Positions 1 through 12,014 are shown, numbered from the stretch's first letter. The stretch is DNA of 64,000 nucleotides from Candidatus Malihini olakiniferum (GCA_051305815.1 JBPPLV010000027.1:61428-125427), one strand, 5' to 3'. Numbers and translations are program-made. The notes: generated by a model not told the origin, from the sequence alone.

Positions 1-500
1 GGAGGTATTTTCCGCACTATAGCGTTTCGCCGCCGATACTAATGGCAGAAACGCTCTACAATGCTAAAAAGTCCGTCTACTATGAAGTAGGTACGCGCTA
101 TCAGATAAATGAGTTTTCACTACAAAGCGCTGTATTTCATACCGATACACGTGATATGCAACTCTATTCTCGGCCACTGGGATCGCAGAGTTTGAACAAC
201 GCAGGCAAAGCAGCGGTCACCGGCGTTGAACTGATCGGTAAATGGCAATTCACACCGGGTTGGTCTTGGGATATCAGCGGAAACTATGTGCGTTCTACTT
301 TCGACAGCGACGGCGAACTCTATGACAACAACAAAGTACCTTTCGTACCATGTTATAGTGCAAGCACCAGTCTGAACGGCACGATAGGTACGCGCTTCGG
401 CGCGCTGATTCCGCGCCTGGCTGGTTCACACTGCTTCGATGGCGACAACAACACGTTGCGCCAAGAGCGCACCACCAGTATCTCACTATTTCATCACATG
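1..500 (+). pseudogene. TonB-dependent outer-membrane receptor, C-terminal barrel fragment (runs off the window start, 3' end frameshifted)
   Basis: ORF 42..551 has TBDR-barrel style strands (YEVGTRY, VTGVELIGKWQFTPGW, NYVRSTF, KVPFVP). It loses similarity after about nt 480 and lacks the canonical aromatic C-terminus. The frame is open back to nt 1. Confidence 0.5.
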
Positions 501-732
501 GGCTTAATACGGCTCAAGGAATCAAACGCGCGTTTGATGTCGATGGGATAGATATCTTTCATCTCTAAACCATCGGCAAACAAGACAAATTCTAGTTCAG
601 TAGAACTGGTGCGAAGATCTGTCAATGTGTGTGGGCCGGGGAAACGTTCTGCATCCCATGCTCAGGTGTATGGGTGGTTACCCTCACGGAAGACATCAGA
701 TATTCTAAACCATTACGGTAGAGAAGAACAGA

Positions 733-1122
733 TTACTGACCATATTGGGCGTCTAACTTCGGGAAAATATCGTCTGGATTGGTGAACTTCATGCCTGCGT
801 AGTTGATTGGCATCAACGCTCCGGTGGCATTGAGATTGGTTTGAATGACATCGCCGATACCCAGTACATTAAGCGTTATACGACCCGCTTCGATCATGAC
901 CATGATTTGTGCGGCAGTCGAAGGCTGGATAATCACTTTAATGCCGGTCAATTCTGTAAAGGGTTTATAAACCGCATTTTCCAGTGCTTCCTGGTAGCTC
1001 CCACCGATCCCTGGAATAATGACTTCTTTGCTGAGTGCGGCAAAAACCGCAGGAGAAAAAGCACCTAGCAGAACCCCAGCAAATAATAGAAGTTTGCTTA
1101 ATTAAGCGATGACGATCGGCAT
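733..1122 (-). pseudogene. Periplasmic solute-binding protein (ABC-transporter family 1, PotD-like), N-terminal fragment only
   Basis: The minus-strand reading gives MPIVIA*LSKLLLFAGVLLGAFSPAVFA (a signal peptide with an in-frame TAA). This is followed by LSKEVIIPGIGGSYQEALENAVYKPFTELTGIKVIIQPS... and stops after about 130 codons, whereas the family is normally over 300 aa. Confidence 0.45.
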
Positions 1123-1531
1123 TAACGCCCTCGTTGATACTTGACTGCATGAAACTCTGTTGCTTTTCTTTTCCTTTGTTCATATGTTCTCCTTTGAGAA
1201 AAAAACGGTAAGAAACTACTTTTCTCTAATGTTAGCAACATAAGACACGGTTTAACCAAAACATGGGTTAAACAAAAAGGTTGTTTAAACAACATGTTGA
1301 TGAATCAGATATGAAACGAGGCGAGAAGGTATTTCTTTATAATGTTACAGCGATGGTTATTACCACCGCTGTTTTTTATGACTTAATTGTTATATCTATT
1401 TATTTTTGTTAAAAAATTCTCTGGTGTTAGCATTTTTTCCAATGGCCTAGAAGGCCACAACAGGCATCATCGGAAAGTTTTAAATTCGCTTTGATTTTTT
1501 CCTCATCTTTGGTGATTACATGCGCCATTAG

Positions 1532-2295
1532 TTAATCGGCGACGATCATTGAACTCACTTTTGACCACCATATCACTGCCGATGAACTGCATACGATATA
1601 CAATATTTCATCGGTATCATTCGCTAAAGGAGATATAGCACGATCTGTCATAACGACGACGTAAGCTCCTCGTTGCCAGGCAAGGCCCATCAAATCCACG
1701 GTATAAGGGATATAACGCTCACACCCAATACCGATAAAAACATCCTGATCATTGATCTGCAATATGCGGTCCGCTACATCACCGTGACTGATATTGAAAA
1801 CCTCAGTATTGCCAAGGAAATGATTTAGTTGCATCGCCAGGTACGCGGCTATGGAAAAAGACGTCCCATTGGCACTCACCCAAATACGCGTTGCGGCGGC
1901 GATACGCCCGGCAACTGCAGAGACGATACTGTCTTCATTCAGTTCTGACGTGGCTTTCAAGAGCTGGCTCGCGTTGGCCAAACACGCTCTCTTTTAATTC
2001 TGTCTCACTGGGCAGTGCGGGTTCGCAATGCGCGATGCTACTGGCACTAGTACTTTCAATCAGTGCATCATCTAGTGATTCTTTCATGTGGGCATAACCC
2101 TTCATACCCCACTGCACGTGAAAAACGTACAATGGCGGCATCACTGATGTTCATCACAGCTGCCAACTGCCGAGCCGTCATGAAATGCCATGCGATCTTT
2201 GTTGCGTTCGATGTAGCGTGCAATCATCTGCTGTGACGGGGTCAAAAGCGCGAGAAACGTTTTCTTAATAAAGTGGTGAACTTTATAGTGCTCAT
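1532..2295 (-). pseudogene. RpiR/MurR-family transcriptional regulator (HTH_6 + SIS domain), frameshifted
   Basis: The C-terminal SIS domain is in ORF 1532..1981. The N-terminal HTH (LTPSQQMIARYIERNKDRMAF.. / ..NISDAAIVRFSRAVGYEGYAHMKESLDDAL) is spread over at least two other frames between 1980 and 2295. Confidence 0.7.
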
Positions 2296-2462
2296 TAAAG
2301 AATTATTTGCTGCATTTAAAATCAAAAATGCAGCAATTGCAACACTGCATTTTATTTTTTTCTTATCAGTTCATAAAAAACAAATATCAGGCTATTAATA
2401 AAATATTTATAGAAAACGATTGTATTTATTTCAAACATAAAACATTTTATGTTATTTTAGCT

Positions 2463-2707
2463 ATATAATCTAAGTGATTCGAGTTGCGAGACAAAACATT
2501 AACGTGTTAAACAGCGCTTGTACTGGCACGCAGGGTGAACCTTAGGGATGAGGTTCATCGATCCCGATGAGCGTGATCCGGGTGATAAATCTGCCGGGAG
2601 CAGATTTGAACGCGGCTTGCGGCAGCCTGTTGATAAGTGCGACCCAAAGATGGGCAGAATAGCGAGTGCCCCCCAACGCACCTACAACTTGCAGTATGCC
2701 GGGAATG
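2463..2707. repeat. ERIC/IRU-like intergenic repeat, enlarged copy
   Basis: The right end caacgcacctacaacttgcagtatgccggg matches the classical ERIC terminus (CAACGCACATGCAACTTGAAGTATGACGGG). It shares a near-identical core of about 35 bp, ggtgataaatctgccgggag.aga.ttgaac.cg, with the copy at 38283..38455. Confidence 0.6.
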
Positions 2708-2833
2708 AATGCTTGTTGAAGAACCACAAGTAAGTCGTTCCCTTCATGAGACGGAAGGACAGAATATAGAAGAAGGCTTTAGAAAAGATGAGGTAAAGTT
2801 TTAACATAACTCCATCAATGATCATAAAAAATC

Positions 2834-3361
2834 ATGATAAGTCATATTTCAACATCATTTCTGCTGCTTGCGGCCAAAACATGCTTTACCCACAATTTGA
2901 CCTCCGCTATCGAACTTGCCATAAAAACAAAATCACCGAAGCACATTGCCTTTGAAGAAAATCTGTTGAAGATAAAAAGGGTTGCACCGGATACGTATCT
3001 TGAATCACTGACGCGCTGCGAATCCTACCTGTGCTGTAATCTAAAAAGAGTCGTATCTCTTTTTAGACGGTTCGCCCCTCAATGTGAAAACCCCGTATCC
3101 CCTGCTTATACGTTACGTCGTGAGGTAAACCAGCACCTCGAGCAATCCTATGCCAGTTCATTAAGGGTTTACGTAGTAAAAACCTCCATGTGCGCGATAA
3201 GCCATAAAGTTGGCCAAAAAAGGGGAATGATGAACGTAGAGAACTTCACGCGCTTAACCGCTGATACTTATACGATGATCGATTCAGGAAAACCGCTGGA
3301 GGACATTACTAACAGGATTATTAACTTTAAAGTCTATCACCGACTGAACTCACTGTCTTAG
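2834..3361 (+). CDS. Hypothetical protein, 175 aa, no recognisable family
   Basis: This is a long open frame in an otherwise intergenic stretch. It has no obvious Shine-Dalgarno and no motif I can place. Confidence 0.3.
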   Translation: MISHISTSFLLLAAKTCFTHNLTSAIELAIKTKSPKHIAFEENLLKIKRVAPDTYLESLTRCESYLCCNLKRVVSLFRRFAPQCENPVSPAYTLRREVNQHLEQSYASSLRVYVVKTSMCAISHKVGQKRGMMNVENFTRLTADTYTMIDSGKPLEDITNRIINFKVYHRLNSLS

Positions 3362-3530
3362 AGGCTATTCCACCAGACATCATTACCACCACGGACAGCG
3401 CACAAAAACTGCATCGTACACGTACATGAGGATTTTGTGCACTGCCATTGGCCAACATGGCAAGTAAAAGTATTCTGATGAAATAGGCTCTTAGCCTATG
3501 CCGCATTACAGCAGCGGGGAGAAAAGAGAG

Positions 3531-3986
3531 TCAGGCCACTTCGGTGCGCCCTCTGCCCTTGTTTTTCGCCATGTAGAGTGCGATATCCGCGGCTTTAAGC
3601 CAGTCGTGATATTGATTCATGATCGGGCGATATTCCGCCACGCGGACGCTGATACAAATCCCTAACTGTTGTGTTTGCGTTAAGCGATTGCCTGCCAGGC
3701 GATTGCGAATGCGGTTGATGATCTCTACGGCATCTGTGGCGCACGCTTCGCGAAAAATCACTGCAAACTTGTCACCACCGAAGCAGCTAATCACATCTGT
3801 CGCGCGTAATCCGTTACGCAGTTCTTCCGTCAAAAACAGGATAGCTTCATCCCCCACGTGGTGGCCAAAGCTATCATTGATGATTTTAAAATGATCAATG
3901 TTGATCAAAGCTAATGTAGAAGGCTCGTCAATATGACGAGGCATGACGGCAGATTTCATATTCATTACGCAGCAAAGGACGCACAT
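3531..3986 (-). pseudogene. GGDEF-domain (diguanylate cyclase) remnant, N-terminally truncated, active-site motif degenerate (GGDKF)
   Basis: The translation contains INIDHFKIINDSFGHHVGD...RATDVISCFGGDKFAVIF...ADIALYMAKNKGRGR. Sensor domains and the start of the GGDEF domain are missing. The remnant abuts the yjbH stop at 4009. Confidence 0.7.
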
Positions 3987-4008
3987 TGATGCCTTCTACG
4001 TATTGCTA

Positions 4009-5867
4009 TTAGCGGATTTCACCCGCCTCTCTGTAGAGGCCGTTACGCCGTTGCAACATCTGGCCGCCATCACGCGTCAACGGCACCCAACCGATAGCAC
4101 CGCGTTTCATCGTGGATTCAGCAAACATCAAATCGAACGGAATGGAGATATAAAACCCTTTAGTGAAGCTGCTTTCACCTTAGTCTTTACTGCTGACATC
4201 GGTTTTGGTGGCAAAGACCCCGGCAATGATACCACTGTCAAAGTGATGCGACAGATCGACGGTAACACCGTAGTCCCCTGTCAAATAGCGCCCGACGCTG
4301 ATTTTCGCCAGCGCACCGTCGACATACGACATCTCCTAATACGTTGTGAGTGCCCAGTGACCACGTTATAATCCGCTGTGCACATAATGCATTCCAGTCA
4401 CGCTTTTGACGTAGTTCACATACAGCTCCAGTGCCCAGCGTTCACCGAACGGACGGTACAACAGGCGGCGTTTTATAATTGAAACGATCGTAGTTATTGA
4501 TCATGTTCAAGGAGGCCGCATCGCCAACAGACCAGTGATCGCTCAGGCGATAATCCACGCTGCCATTGAGAGCAACCTGATACATGTAGAAAGATTCAAC
4601 GCCGCGACAGACTGTGTCAATGCGGGTTCTAACGAGTAAGTCGGGCGCGATGACTCGCTGCGTAACACCGGTTGTCATTGATATCCGATACGGGCTCTGC
4701 GCGGTGGCGTACAGGTTCCAGCTGCCATAATAGAATGGAGCATTTGCACTTCACGAAACATTTAGTATCTACCGCGGTGCTTTCCACTGGCAAACGCTAG
4801 CTGCTAGGCACATGATTCGTTAATACGGTCACCGTGCGCTGATTAGCCTCGTTCTTATCGCGATATTTATCCTGATCGGTAACAATCGTGACCTGATGAG
4901 CATCAGCACAAATAAAAGGGGATAAACATCTTCAGAGTGCGCTGTCGTAAATCATTAAAGTTGGTGTGCAGGCTAAAGCCATACATCAAGGTGTTGCCAC
5001 GCTGCCAGGAAAGCGTGGTATCAAAGAAATCACTGACGCGATAGAACCATTACCAGGGTTGACAGGAGGGTCTTGCTTGATTTTCTTTAAGCGGCCACGA
5101 TCGGCAGCTTCATCACTATAATCGTTGCCGTCATATTCCAGCTTAAAGCGCAGTGGATTCCATGGGGTTTGATATTCTATCCCGCCAAAGAGTGCTACCG
5201 GGCAATAGAAGAAGTTTTTCACTTCAAACTGCCCCGTTTGCTGATTAGAGGTACGCATACAGAAACTATCTTTAAATTCACAGGCAGGGTTTTTGATATT
5301 GCCACTTTCGGCCATGCTACTTCAGCCAATTCCGAACGTGAAATTAAACGGCCCTATGCGCTTACTGGCCACAAGATATTCACTGTCAAACAATCCCGTA
5401 CCTACAATATCACGCAGATCAAAAGAAACATCCGGTAACCATGAGCTTTCCTGCCAAAGTCTCGCCTTAACATCAAAGGATTTGTCTTTGTAGGTTTGAT
5501 CGCCACTGAAATTTTTATTATCGCTGTAAGGCCGGGTACGAATATCGGTATAGCGCACTGTAGTTTCCAGCCAGTCGAACAGTTGCAACGATACGGAGTA
5601 GCGCCGATATTCATCATTATCGCGGTAGTTCAGGTTAAACGCACTGCTGCGGGCCATACGCGCCGTCGGCATTTGCAGTAACCCAGCGCCGCCGAAATCA
5701 GACTGTGATGATACTCCCGCGTTGTCAAAACGCGTAGTTGCGTTAGTGACATCTTTGATAATATCGCTTTGTGCACCACTTCTTGTGTGTGCCACAACCT
5801 GACCACTCAGTACGCTGCCGATGGCGAACGACAAACAGCCTATTTTAAATCTTCTGTTCTTTGTCAT
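4009..5867 (-). pseudogene. yjbH: YjbH/GfcD-family exopolysaccharide outer-membrane protein, multiply frameshifted
   Basis: The N-terminus in ORF 5322..5867 reads ..[19 protein letters not shown]...[29 protein letters not shown]. Further pieces lie in ORFs 4986..5315 and 4442..4678. The C-terminal ..[15 protein letters not shown]...[18 protein letters not shown] is in yet another frame. Confidence 0.75.
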
Positions 5868-5878
5868 TATTGAGGGAT

Positions 5879-6455
5879 CTAATTAGCCAGAAAATCAGCG
5901 ATTTTATCGTTCAAAGACGCAAATTTGTCAGGTAATACACTGGGGTTAAAAACAATAAACAATGTTTCTCCAGCTGCCGCCTCAATATGCTGTTGATTCC
6001 ACAGCGCTAGTGGCAGCATGCGCTATGCACTTTATCCATCGATAAGATAGCCAGCATCCTGATTAGCAACGGCTAGAAAGCGACGATCCAGCACATAATC
6101 CCGAACCGTCCAGCCGGATTGCAATGCAACATCAACCACGGTTTTCAGCTCTGCGATATCAGGATCGGGATTAATCAAAACCCGGATAGGGTAAAACGCG
6201 ATGCCAACGGTGCAATATAGAGCGCATAGTCACCCACCAAAGGGCGATTAGCGCGTGGGGTTACACGAATTCTGTCGGGATCGAGCGGCGTTGAGATTCT
6301 CTCGGCCACATCAACCTGATCCAGCATTTTACGCATTAGCCAGGCAGAAATGGCCAGATCACCATCGCCAGAGTTTGCTGCGGCGTTTTTACTGTTAACT
6401 GTGCGGCCCCCGCAGTTATCAGCATCAGGAGTGCTATACGGGAAAATGCCAACAT
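5879..6455 (-). pseudogene. yjbG: YjbG/GfcC-family capsule assembly protein, frameshifted and shortened
   Basis: It sits between yjbF and yjbH. It starts with a signal-peptide-like MLAFSRIALLMLITAGAAQ and has several stops and frameshifts. Assignment is mainly by operon context. Confidence 0.5.
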
Positions 6456-6469
6456 GTCAGTCCCTTATT

Positions 6470-7125
6470 GTACGTAGGGTTTTAATACTATGAATTTAAC
6501 CAGTACCATGTCCGGCCTCATATATTGCTAGGTTTACACCACCTACCCTGTGGTTAAGCTCGAGCCAATAGATATTAGTGTATTTCACATTTAAGGCGGG
6601 AACCGAAACCTGCTTGGTGAATTTCTGCAACTGAGGTGGCTTATCCAAAATGGTCACTGTTTCTTTGCCCCGCGCCTAAAAACGGATTCTACCGCGCAAT
6701 CACCGCGCTGAACCTGTGACCAGGCCATTTTCCCCTGCCAGTGCAATAAGGTTGAGGGGTTTAACAAACCAAGCACAAGCGGGTCAGGTGTAATGTTGAC
6801 AACATGAATAATATCCTCACCAAAGCCCTGTATTTTAACAATGCGGTATTTTGAGTCACCAAAATATTACGGTCCGCACCAATCCATTTAAGCTGATTGT
6901 TTTCAGCAAAGGCCCAACACCACGAAAGCTTGAGGTAACATTTCCTATCCTCAGGTAGGCTGATGCATAAGGCGTTTGCGCAGCCCTCTCCGCGGAGACC
7001 TGAACATCATCCAATCCCCAAATCGCCATTTTAGCAGTTTTTTGGAACGCATCCATTTTTTGCGAACAACCGGTCAATGCCAGCGCGAATAATGGTAACA
7101 GCACCAGCACTCCGCGTTTTGCCAC
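6470..7125 (-). pseudogene. yjbF: YjbF/GfcB-family lipoprotein, frameshifted
   Basis: ORF 6856..7125 starts with the lipobox LALTGCSQKMDAFQKTAKMAIWGLDDVQVSAE..PYASAYLRIG, typical of YjbF. The frame then breaks. Confidence 0.65.
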
Positions 7126-7167
7126 AAGCGTTATTTTTATTATTACGTAAATGTCTCACGAAACAGC

Positions 7168-7202
7168 CAAAAACAGTAAAAGAAAGGCCACCGAAGTGGC
7201 CT
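7168..7202 (-). terminator. Rho-independent terminator/attenuator between yjbE and yjbF
   Basis: On the minus strand, aaggccac-ttcg-gtggcctt is followed by tcttttactgttttt. Confidence 0.5.
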
Positions 7203-7227
7203 TGGTTGTTAAATAACTTTACTGAGT

Positions 7228-7424
7228 CTAGGTAGTTGTAGAGTTACCCGTACTGCTACTGCCATTGTCAGCCAGCAAAGCAATACCAGCGGCAACCGCA
7301 GCAGTAACCTACCGCGATTGCGGCCCGTTGTACCTGCAGGAGCACCAGTCACATTAGATACTGTAACAAATGCGCTGGAAGACATGGCTACAGCCAGGGC
7401 CAACGTAAGTAACGTCTTTTTCAT
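7228..7424 (-). pseudogene. yjbE: YjbE-like small secreted Ser/Thr/Gly-rich protein, frameshifted
   Basis: The signal peptide is MKKTLLTLALAVAMSSSAFV. The expected tail ..VTAAVAAGIALLADNGSSSTGNSTTT* is present only in a shifted frame. Confidence 0.5.
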
Positions 7425-7830
7425 TACGATTTTTTTATTAACAAATGAAGCGCTTCAGGGAAGAACGCCGTTATAGAGAACCGCATTTTAACCTTCTTTA
7501 CCGCGATGCGCGGCACAGCCCACTCCGAACGCGGCGACATCGCTCCACTGAGCAGATGCTCTGCAATAGATTATAGAAAAAAGACTCTTAAGGATTTCTA
7601 TCATCTGACTCAGCTCCTTTACACGAGCTTAAAAATAGCAAGATCTCGCTACAATAAACAGCTAAATTGTAAATTATCCTAATGTCAACGTTAACAAAAA
7701 TGTACTACAAGAAAAAGCAAATTAATCATAACAGTATGATTAATTTTAATTTAATGATGGAGTGATATGCAAAACGCCGAATAGTTCCTCTATTCGGCGT
7801 TTATTTGGCTACGTAAATTTAGGAAATAAC

Positions 7831-9237
7831 TTATTCCAACCACTCGGTGTGGAATACGCCTTCCTTATCAGTACGTTTATATGTATGCGCACCAAAGTAG
7901 TCACGCTGTGCCTGAATCAGGTTGGCAGGCAACACAGCGGAACGATAGCTGTCGTAATAGGCAATAGCTGCAGAGAAGGTTGGTGTCGGGATACCGTTTT
8001 GCACGGCATAGGCGACAACATCACGTAGTGCCTGCTGGTAGTCATCAGCCGCTTTTTTGAAATACGGTGCTAACAACAGGTTAGCGATATCCGGTGTTGC
8101 TGCGTAGGCATCGGTAATTTTTTTCAGGAACTGGGCGCGGATAACGCAACCAGAAAGGAAAATCTTAGCGATTTCACCGTAGTTCAGGTTCCACTGATAC
8201 TCTTCCGACGCTCCGCGCAATTGGGAGAAGCCTTGCGCATAGGAAATAATTTTCCCCAGATAGAGCGCACGGCGCAAGTTCTCGATAAAAGCAGCTTTGT
8301 CACCGCTAAACGGTTTTGCCTGCGGCCCGGTCAACACTTTGGAGGCAGCAACGCGCTGGTCTTTTAGTGAAGAAATATAGCGAGCAAACACAGATTCAGT
8401 GATCAGAGACAGCGGCTCGCCAAGATCCAGCGAACTTTGGCTTGTCCATTTGCCAGTGCCTTTGTTGGCAGCTTCATCCAGAATCACATCAACTAGATAT
8501 TTACCTTCTTCGTCTTTCTTGATGAAGATATCTTTGGTGATGTCGATCAGGTAGCTGCTCAATTCCCCGGCATTCCATTCAGAGAATGTTTTTGCCAGCT
8601 CATCGTTAGACAGATTCAGGCCCTGTTTCAGCAGGGAATAGACTTCGGCAATCAGTTGCATATCGCCGTATTCGATACCGTTGTGCACCATTTTCACGTA
8701 GTGACCGGCACCGTCTGGCCCGATATAGGTGACGCATGCCTCGCCTTCGGCACGGGCGGCAATTTTTTCCAGAATAGGGGATACCAGTTCGTAGGCATCT
8801 TTCTGACCGCCCGGCATAATGGACGGGCCTTTCAGCGCGCCCTCTTCACCACCGGATACACCGGTGCCGATAAAGTTAAACCCTTCAGCTGAAAGTTCAC
8901 GGTTACGACGGATGGTATCCTGGAAGAAGGTGTTGCCGCCATCAATAATAATATCGCCTTTATCCAGATAAGGTTTCAGGGATTCAATCGATTTTTCCGT
9001 GCCTTCGCCCGCTTTAACCATCAAAAGAATACGGCGCGGTAACTCCAATGACGCCACAAATTCTTCAACGGTATAATAAGGAACCAGTTTTTTGCCGGGG
9101 TTTTCGGCCACCACTTCTTCGGTTTTTTCACGAGAGCGGTTGAAAATGGACACGGTGTAACCACGGCTTTCGATATTAAGCGCCAGATTGCGCCCCATCA
9201 CCGCCATACCCACCACGCCAATTTGCTGTTTGGACAT
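7831..9237 (-). CDS. gnd: 6-phosphogluconate dehydrogenase (decarboxylating)
   Basis: The 468-aa ORF is collinear with enterobacterial Gnd ([29 protein letters not shown]...). Confidence 0.97.
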   Translation of the reverse strand: MSKQQIGVVGMAVMGRNLALNIESRGYTVSIFNRSREKTEEVVAENPGKKLVPYYTVEEFVASLELPRRILLMVKAGEGTEKSIESLKPYLDKGDIIIDGGNTFFQDTIRRNRELSAEGFNFIGTGVSGGEEGALKGPSIMPGGQKDAYELVSPILEKIAARAEGEACVTYIGPDGAGHYVKMVHNGIEYGDMQLIAEVYSLLKQGLNLSNDELAKTFSEWNAGELSSYLIDITKDIFIKKDEEGKYLVDVILDEAANKGTGKWTSQSSLDLGEPLSLITESVFARYISSLKDQRVAASKVLTGPQAKPFSGDKAAFIENLRRALYLGKIISYAQGFSQLRGASEEYQWNLNYGEIAKIFLSGCVIRAQFLKKITDAYAATPDIANLLLAPYFKKAADDYQQALRDVVAYAVQNGIPTPTFSAAIAYYDSYRSAVLPANLIQAQRDYFGAHTYKRTDKEGVFHTEWLE

Positions 9238-9373
9238 TAAAGCAACTCCTGTCTGAAGAATAATCTGCCTGTATCACGACGACGACAGACAACGCAAAAG
9301 CAGACAGACATAGTAACTCAGCTTAAGACATGTAGATAGTGATAGGCCAAAGAAGAGAAAAGCTCCACATCGA

Positions 9374-10276
9374 TTATTTTTTCAGCAATTCTTTAATGCT
9401 GGCTTTAAAGGCATCACCAAACTCAGGGTTACGCAAGCCATAGGCGACAAATGCCTGCATGTAGCCTAACTTGCGCCCGCAGTTAAAGTTGCGACCCGCC
9501 ATCTGCACCGCATCTACCTGATGATTTTGCTCAATCAGTTCAGCAACGGTATCCGTCAGTTGGATACGCCCCCAGGCACCCGCAGGTGTTTTTTCAAGAA
9601 TTGACCAAGCTTCTACCGACAAGACATAACGCCCTACAGCAGACAAATCAGATCCCTCTTCCGGCGGTACTTCCGGTTTCTCAATCATGGAAGTTATCGC
9701 TGCAGCATCGCCCGCGTGGTTTAGCGGCTTAGCGCACTTCACCACGGAGTATTCCGGCAATACTTCGTAAGGGCGATGTTTCACTAGCACCTGGCTGTGG
9801 CCCGTCTCTTCAAAACGCGCAATCAGCTGAGCCAGATTATCTTTGCTCTGATCGGCACTCACTTCATCCATCACCACATCCGGCAGTACAACCACAAATG
9901 GGTTATCGCCGACAATAGGACGCGCACATTTGATGGCATGGCCTAGGCCCAGCGTTTCCCCCTGACGCACGTTCATTATCGTCACGCCCTGCGGACAGAT
10001 GGCTTGCACTTCGGCCAGCAGTTGGCGCTTTTTACGCTCTTCGAGCAGAGATTCCAGTTCGAAAGAAGTATCGAAGTGGTTTTCAATGGTATTTTTCGAG
10101 GCGTGCGTAACTAGCACAATCTCTTTTATACCGGCATTGACGCACTCATTAACGATTTTCTCGATTACCGGGCGATCCGCCAACGGCAGCATCTCTTTTG
10201 GAATCACTTTTGTTACCGGCAGCAGGTTCATACCCAGCCCGGCGATAGGGATAATCGCTTTCAATTTTGTTACCAT
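9374..10276 (-). CDS. galF: GalF-type UTP--glucose-1-phosphate uridylyltransferase subunit
   Basis: The 300-aa ORF carries GalF signatures ([14 protein letters not shown] rather than the GalU GLGTRMLP; [10 protein letters not shown]) and sits next to gnd. Confidence 0.9.
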   Translation of the reverse strand: MVTKLKAIIPIAGLGMNLLPVTKVIPKEMLPLADRPVIEKIVNECVNAGIKEIVLVTHASKNTIENHFDTSFELESLLEERKKRQLLAEVQAICPQGVTIMNVRQGETLGLGHAIKCARPIVGDNPFVVVLPDVVMDEVSADQSKDNLAQLIARFEETGHSQVLVKHRPYEVLPEYSVVKCAKPLNHAGDAAAITSMIEKPEVPPEEGSDLSAVGRYVLSVEAWSILEKTPAGAWGRIQLTDTVAELIEQNHQVDAVQMAGRNFNCGRKLGYMQAFVAYGLRNPEFGDAFKASIKELLKK

Positions 10277-10438
10277 ATATTAACTCTTTTGTAATCTATT
10301 GTCATTTTTTTTGCCATCATACCGCGACGGCTACCTGAACGACTACATATTTATGATAGTTCAGACAATTCTGCATCGATATTGTATACTCACTACCCTA
10401 CTCTCTATCTCTGGTAAAAATAGCGAAGGCTGAACAAA

Positions 10439-11323
10439 ATAAAAAACATTGTATTAGCGGGTGGATCTGATACTCGACTTTACCCCATTACACGCGGCAT
10501 CTCGAAACAACTCCTACCCATTTATGACACACCCATGGTGTATTCCCGATATCGGTGCTGATGCTGGCAGGCATTCAGGATATCTTGATTATCAGCACTC
10601 CTAAAGACCTCACTTCATTTCAGCGCTTGCTCGGCAATGACAGCTTTTGGTATTAACCTCAGTTATGCAGAACAACCAAGCCCGGACGGGCTGGCACAGG
10701 CATTCATTATTAGTGAAGAATTCATCAACGATGAACGCTGCGCTTTGATTTTTGGCGACAATATTTACTTCGGCCAAAGCTTAAAGCTGGAAAATGCAGT
10801 GGTCCAAGAGCAAGGCACAAGGTGTTTGGCTATTAGATAACCGACCCAGAGCGTTTTGGCGTGGTAGAATTTGATGAAAGCTTTAAAGCCTTTTCGATCG
10901 AAGAGAAACCCCTTAAACCCAAACCCAACTGGGCGGTGACCGGGCTCTATTTTTATGACAAAGACCGGCTCTATTTTTATGACAAAGACATGGTCGAGAT
11001 GACCAAGCAGGTCAAGCCTTCTGCACCTGTCGAATTGGAAATCACCACGCTGAATCAGATTTATCTAGAGCAAGACAAGCTTAACGTTGAGCTGCTGGGT
11101 TGTGTTTTGCGTGGCTGGATACCTGCACCCATGATAGCCTGATTGAAGCTTTTCAGTTTATTCACACCATCGAAAAGCGTCAGGGGATGAAGGAGCTTGT
11201 CTGGAAGAGATTGCCTTCCGCAGAGGTTAGATCTCCCGAGAACAAGTGGAAAAAGAAGCCCATTTGCTGAGTAAAATGCAATACGAGCAGTATCGGGCGC
11301 GTTTGGTTGAAGAAACGTGTTAA
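10439..11323 (+). pseudogene. rfbA: Glucose-1-phosphate thymidylyltransferase (RmlA/RfbA), start lost, several frameshifts and stops
   Basis: Pieces [93 protein letters not shown] and [14 protein letters not shown] lie in different frames. An ATA sits where the ATG is expected. Confidence 0.85.
10941..10988 (+). repeat. 24-bp tandem duplication inside the rfbA pseudogene
   Basis: The sequence cgggctctatttttatgacaaaga / ccggctctatttttatgacaaaga gives [16 protein letters not shown]. Confidence 0.9.
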
Positions 11324-11426
11324 TAAATTAATCTCCGTAATAAATTAATCCCCTTCATCCCAGCGTATTCTTGGGATCTCGAAAAGAATAAAATCACCTT
11401 CAACCTATTACTTATTGAAAAATACT

Positions 11427-11700
11427 ATGCAAGTCATCGACACTCCTATTTATGGTACAAACGTTATTCAGCTTAAAGTCTTCGGTAATGCTCGTGGAGT
11501 CTTTTTAGAAAAGTTTGAGAAAAACCGTTATCAGCAGATGTTGAATATCGATCTGTATTTTATACAGGATAACCACTCTCGTTCAACTAAAGGTGTTCTG
11601 CGCGGCTGCATTTTCAAAAATCACGACCGCAAGATAAGCTGGTACGCGTAGTACGCGGTGAGGTTTATGATGTTTAGATGAAAGAATAAACTCAAATAGT
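11427..11700 (+). pseudogene. rfbC: dTDP-4-dehydrorhamnose 3,5-epimerase (RmlC/RfbC), N-terminal third only
   Basis: MQVIDTPIYGTNVIQLKVFGNARGVFLEKF...FIQDNHSRSTKGVLRGC matches the RmlC N-terminus. Similarity then ends. Confidence 0.75.
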
Positions 11701-12014
11701 CCGCTTTGTAGACCACTCACGACAGAGCCATAATGCGCTATCTTATCACCGATAAAAGGTATAAAAGCGAGAAAGTCAGGATTATAAATTGCATATATTA
11801 TGATTATTTCTACAATTGTAGAAATAATCATAAATCTAGTAACTGGCTTGCCAGACCAGCTATAATAAAAATTATAGCTGTATTGTATGATTATTTCTGC
11901 GAAGATGTAGAAAAAAGATACTATCATACACGTCATGTAAAACACAAACTTCTGCCACTTACGCTCATGAACCAAGCCAATCATTGTTATTGATATAGCT
12001 ATAGCCTGCCTCAT
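11583..12014 (-). pseudogene. Fragment of an AT-rich polytopic membrane protein (possibly a Wzy/Wzx-type O-antigen protein)
   Basis: The 143-codon ORF is very hydrophobic with AT-rich codon usage, and its 3' part overlaps the rfbC remnant. Family assignment rests on context only. Confidence 0.3.
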
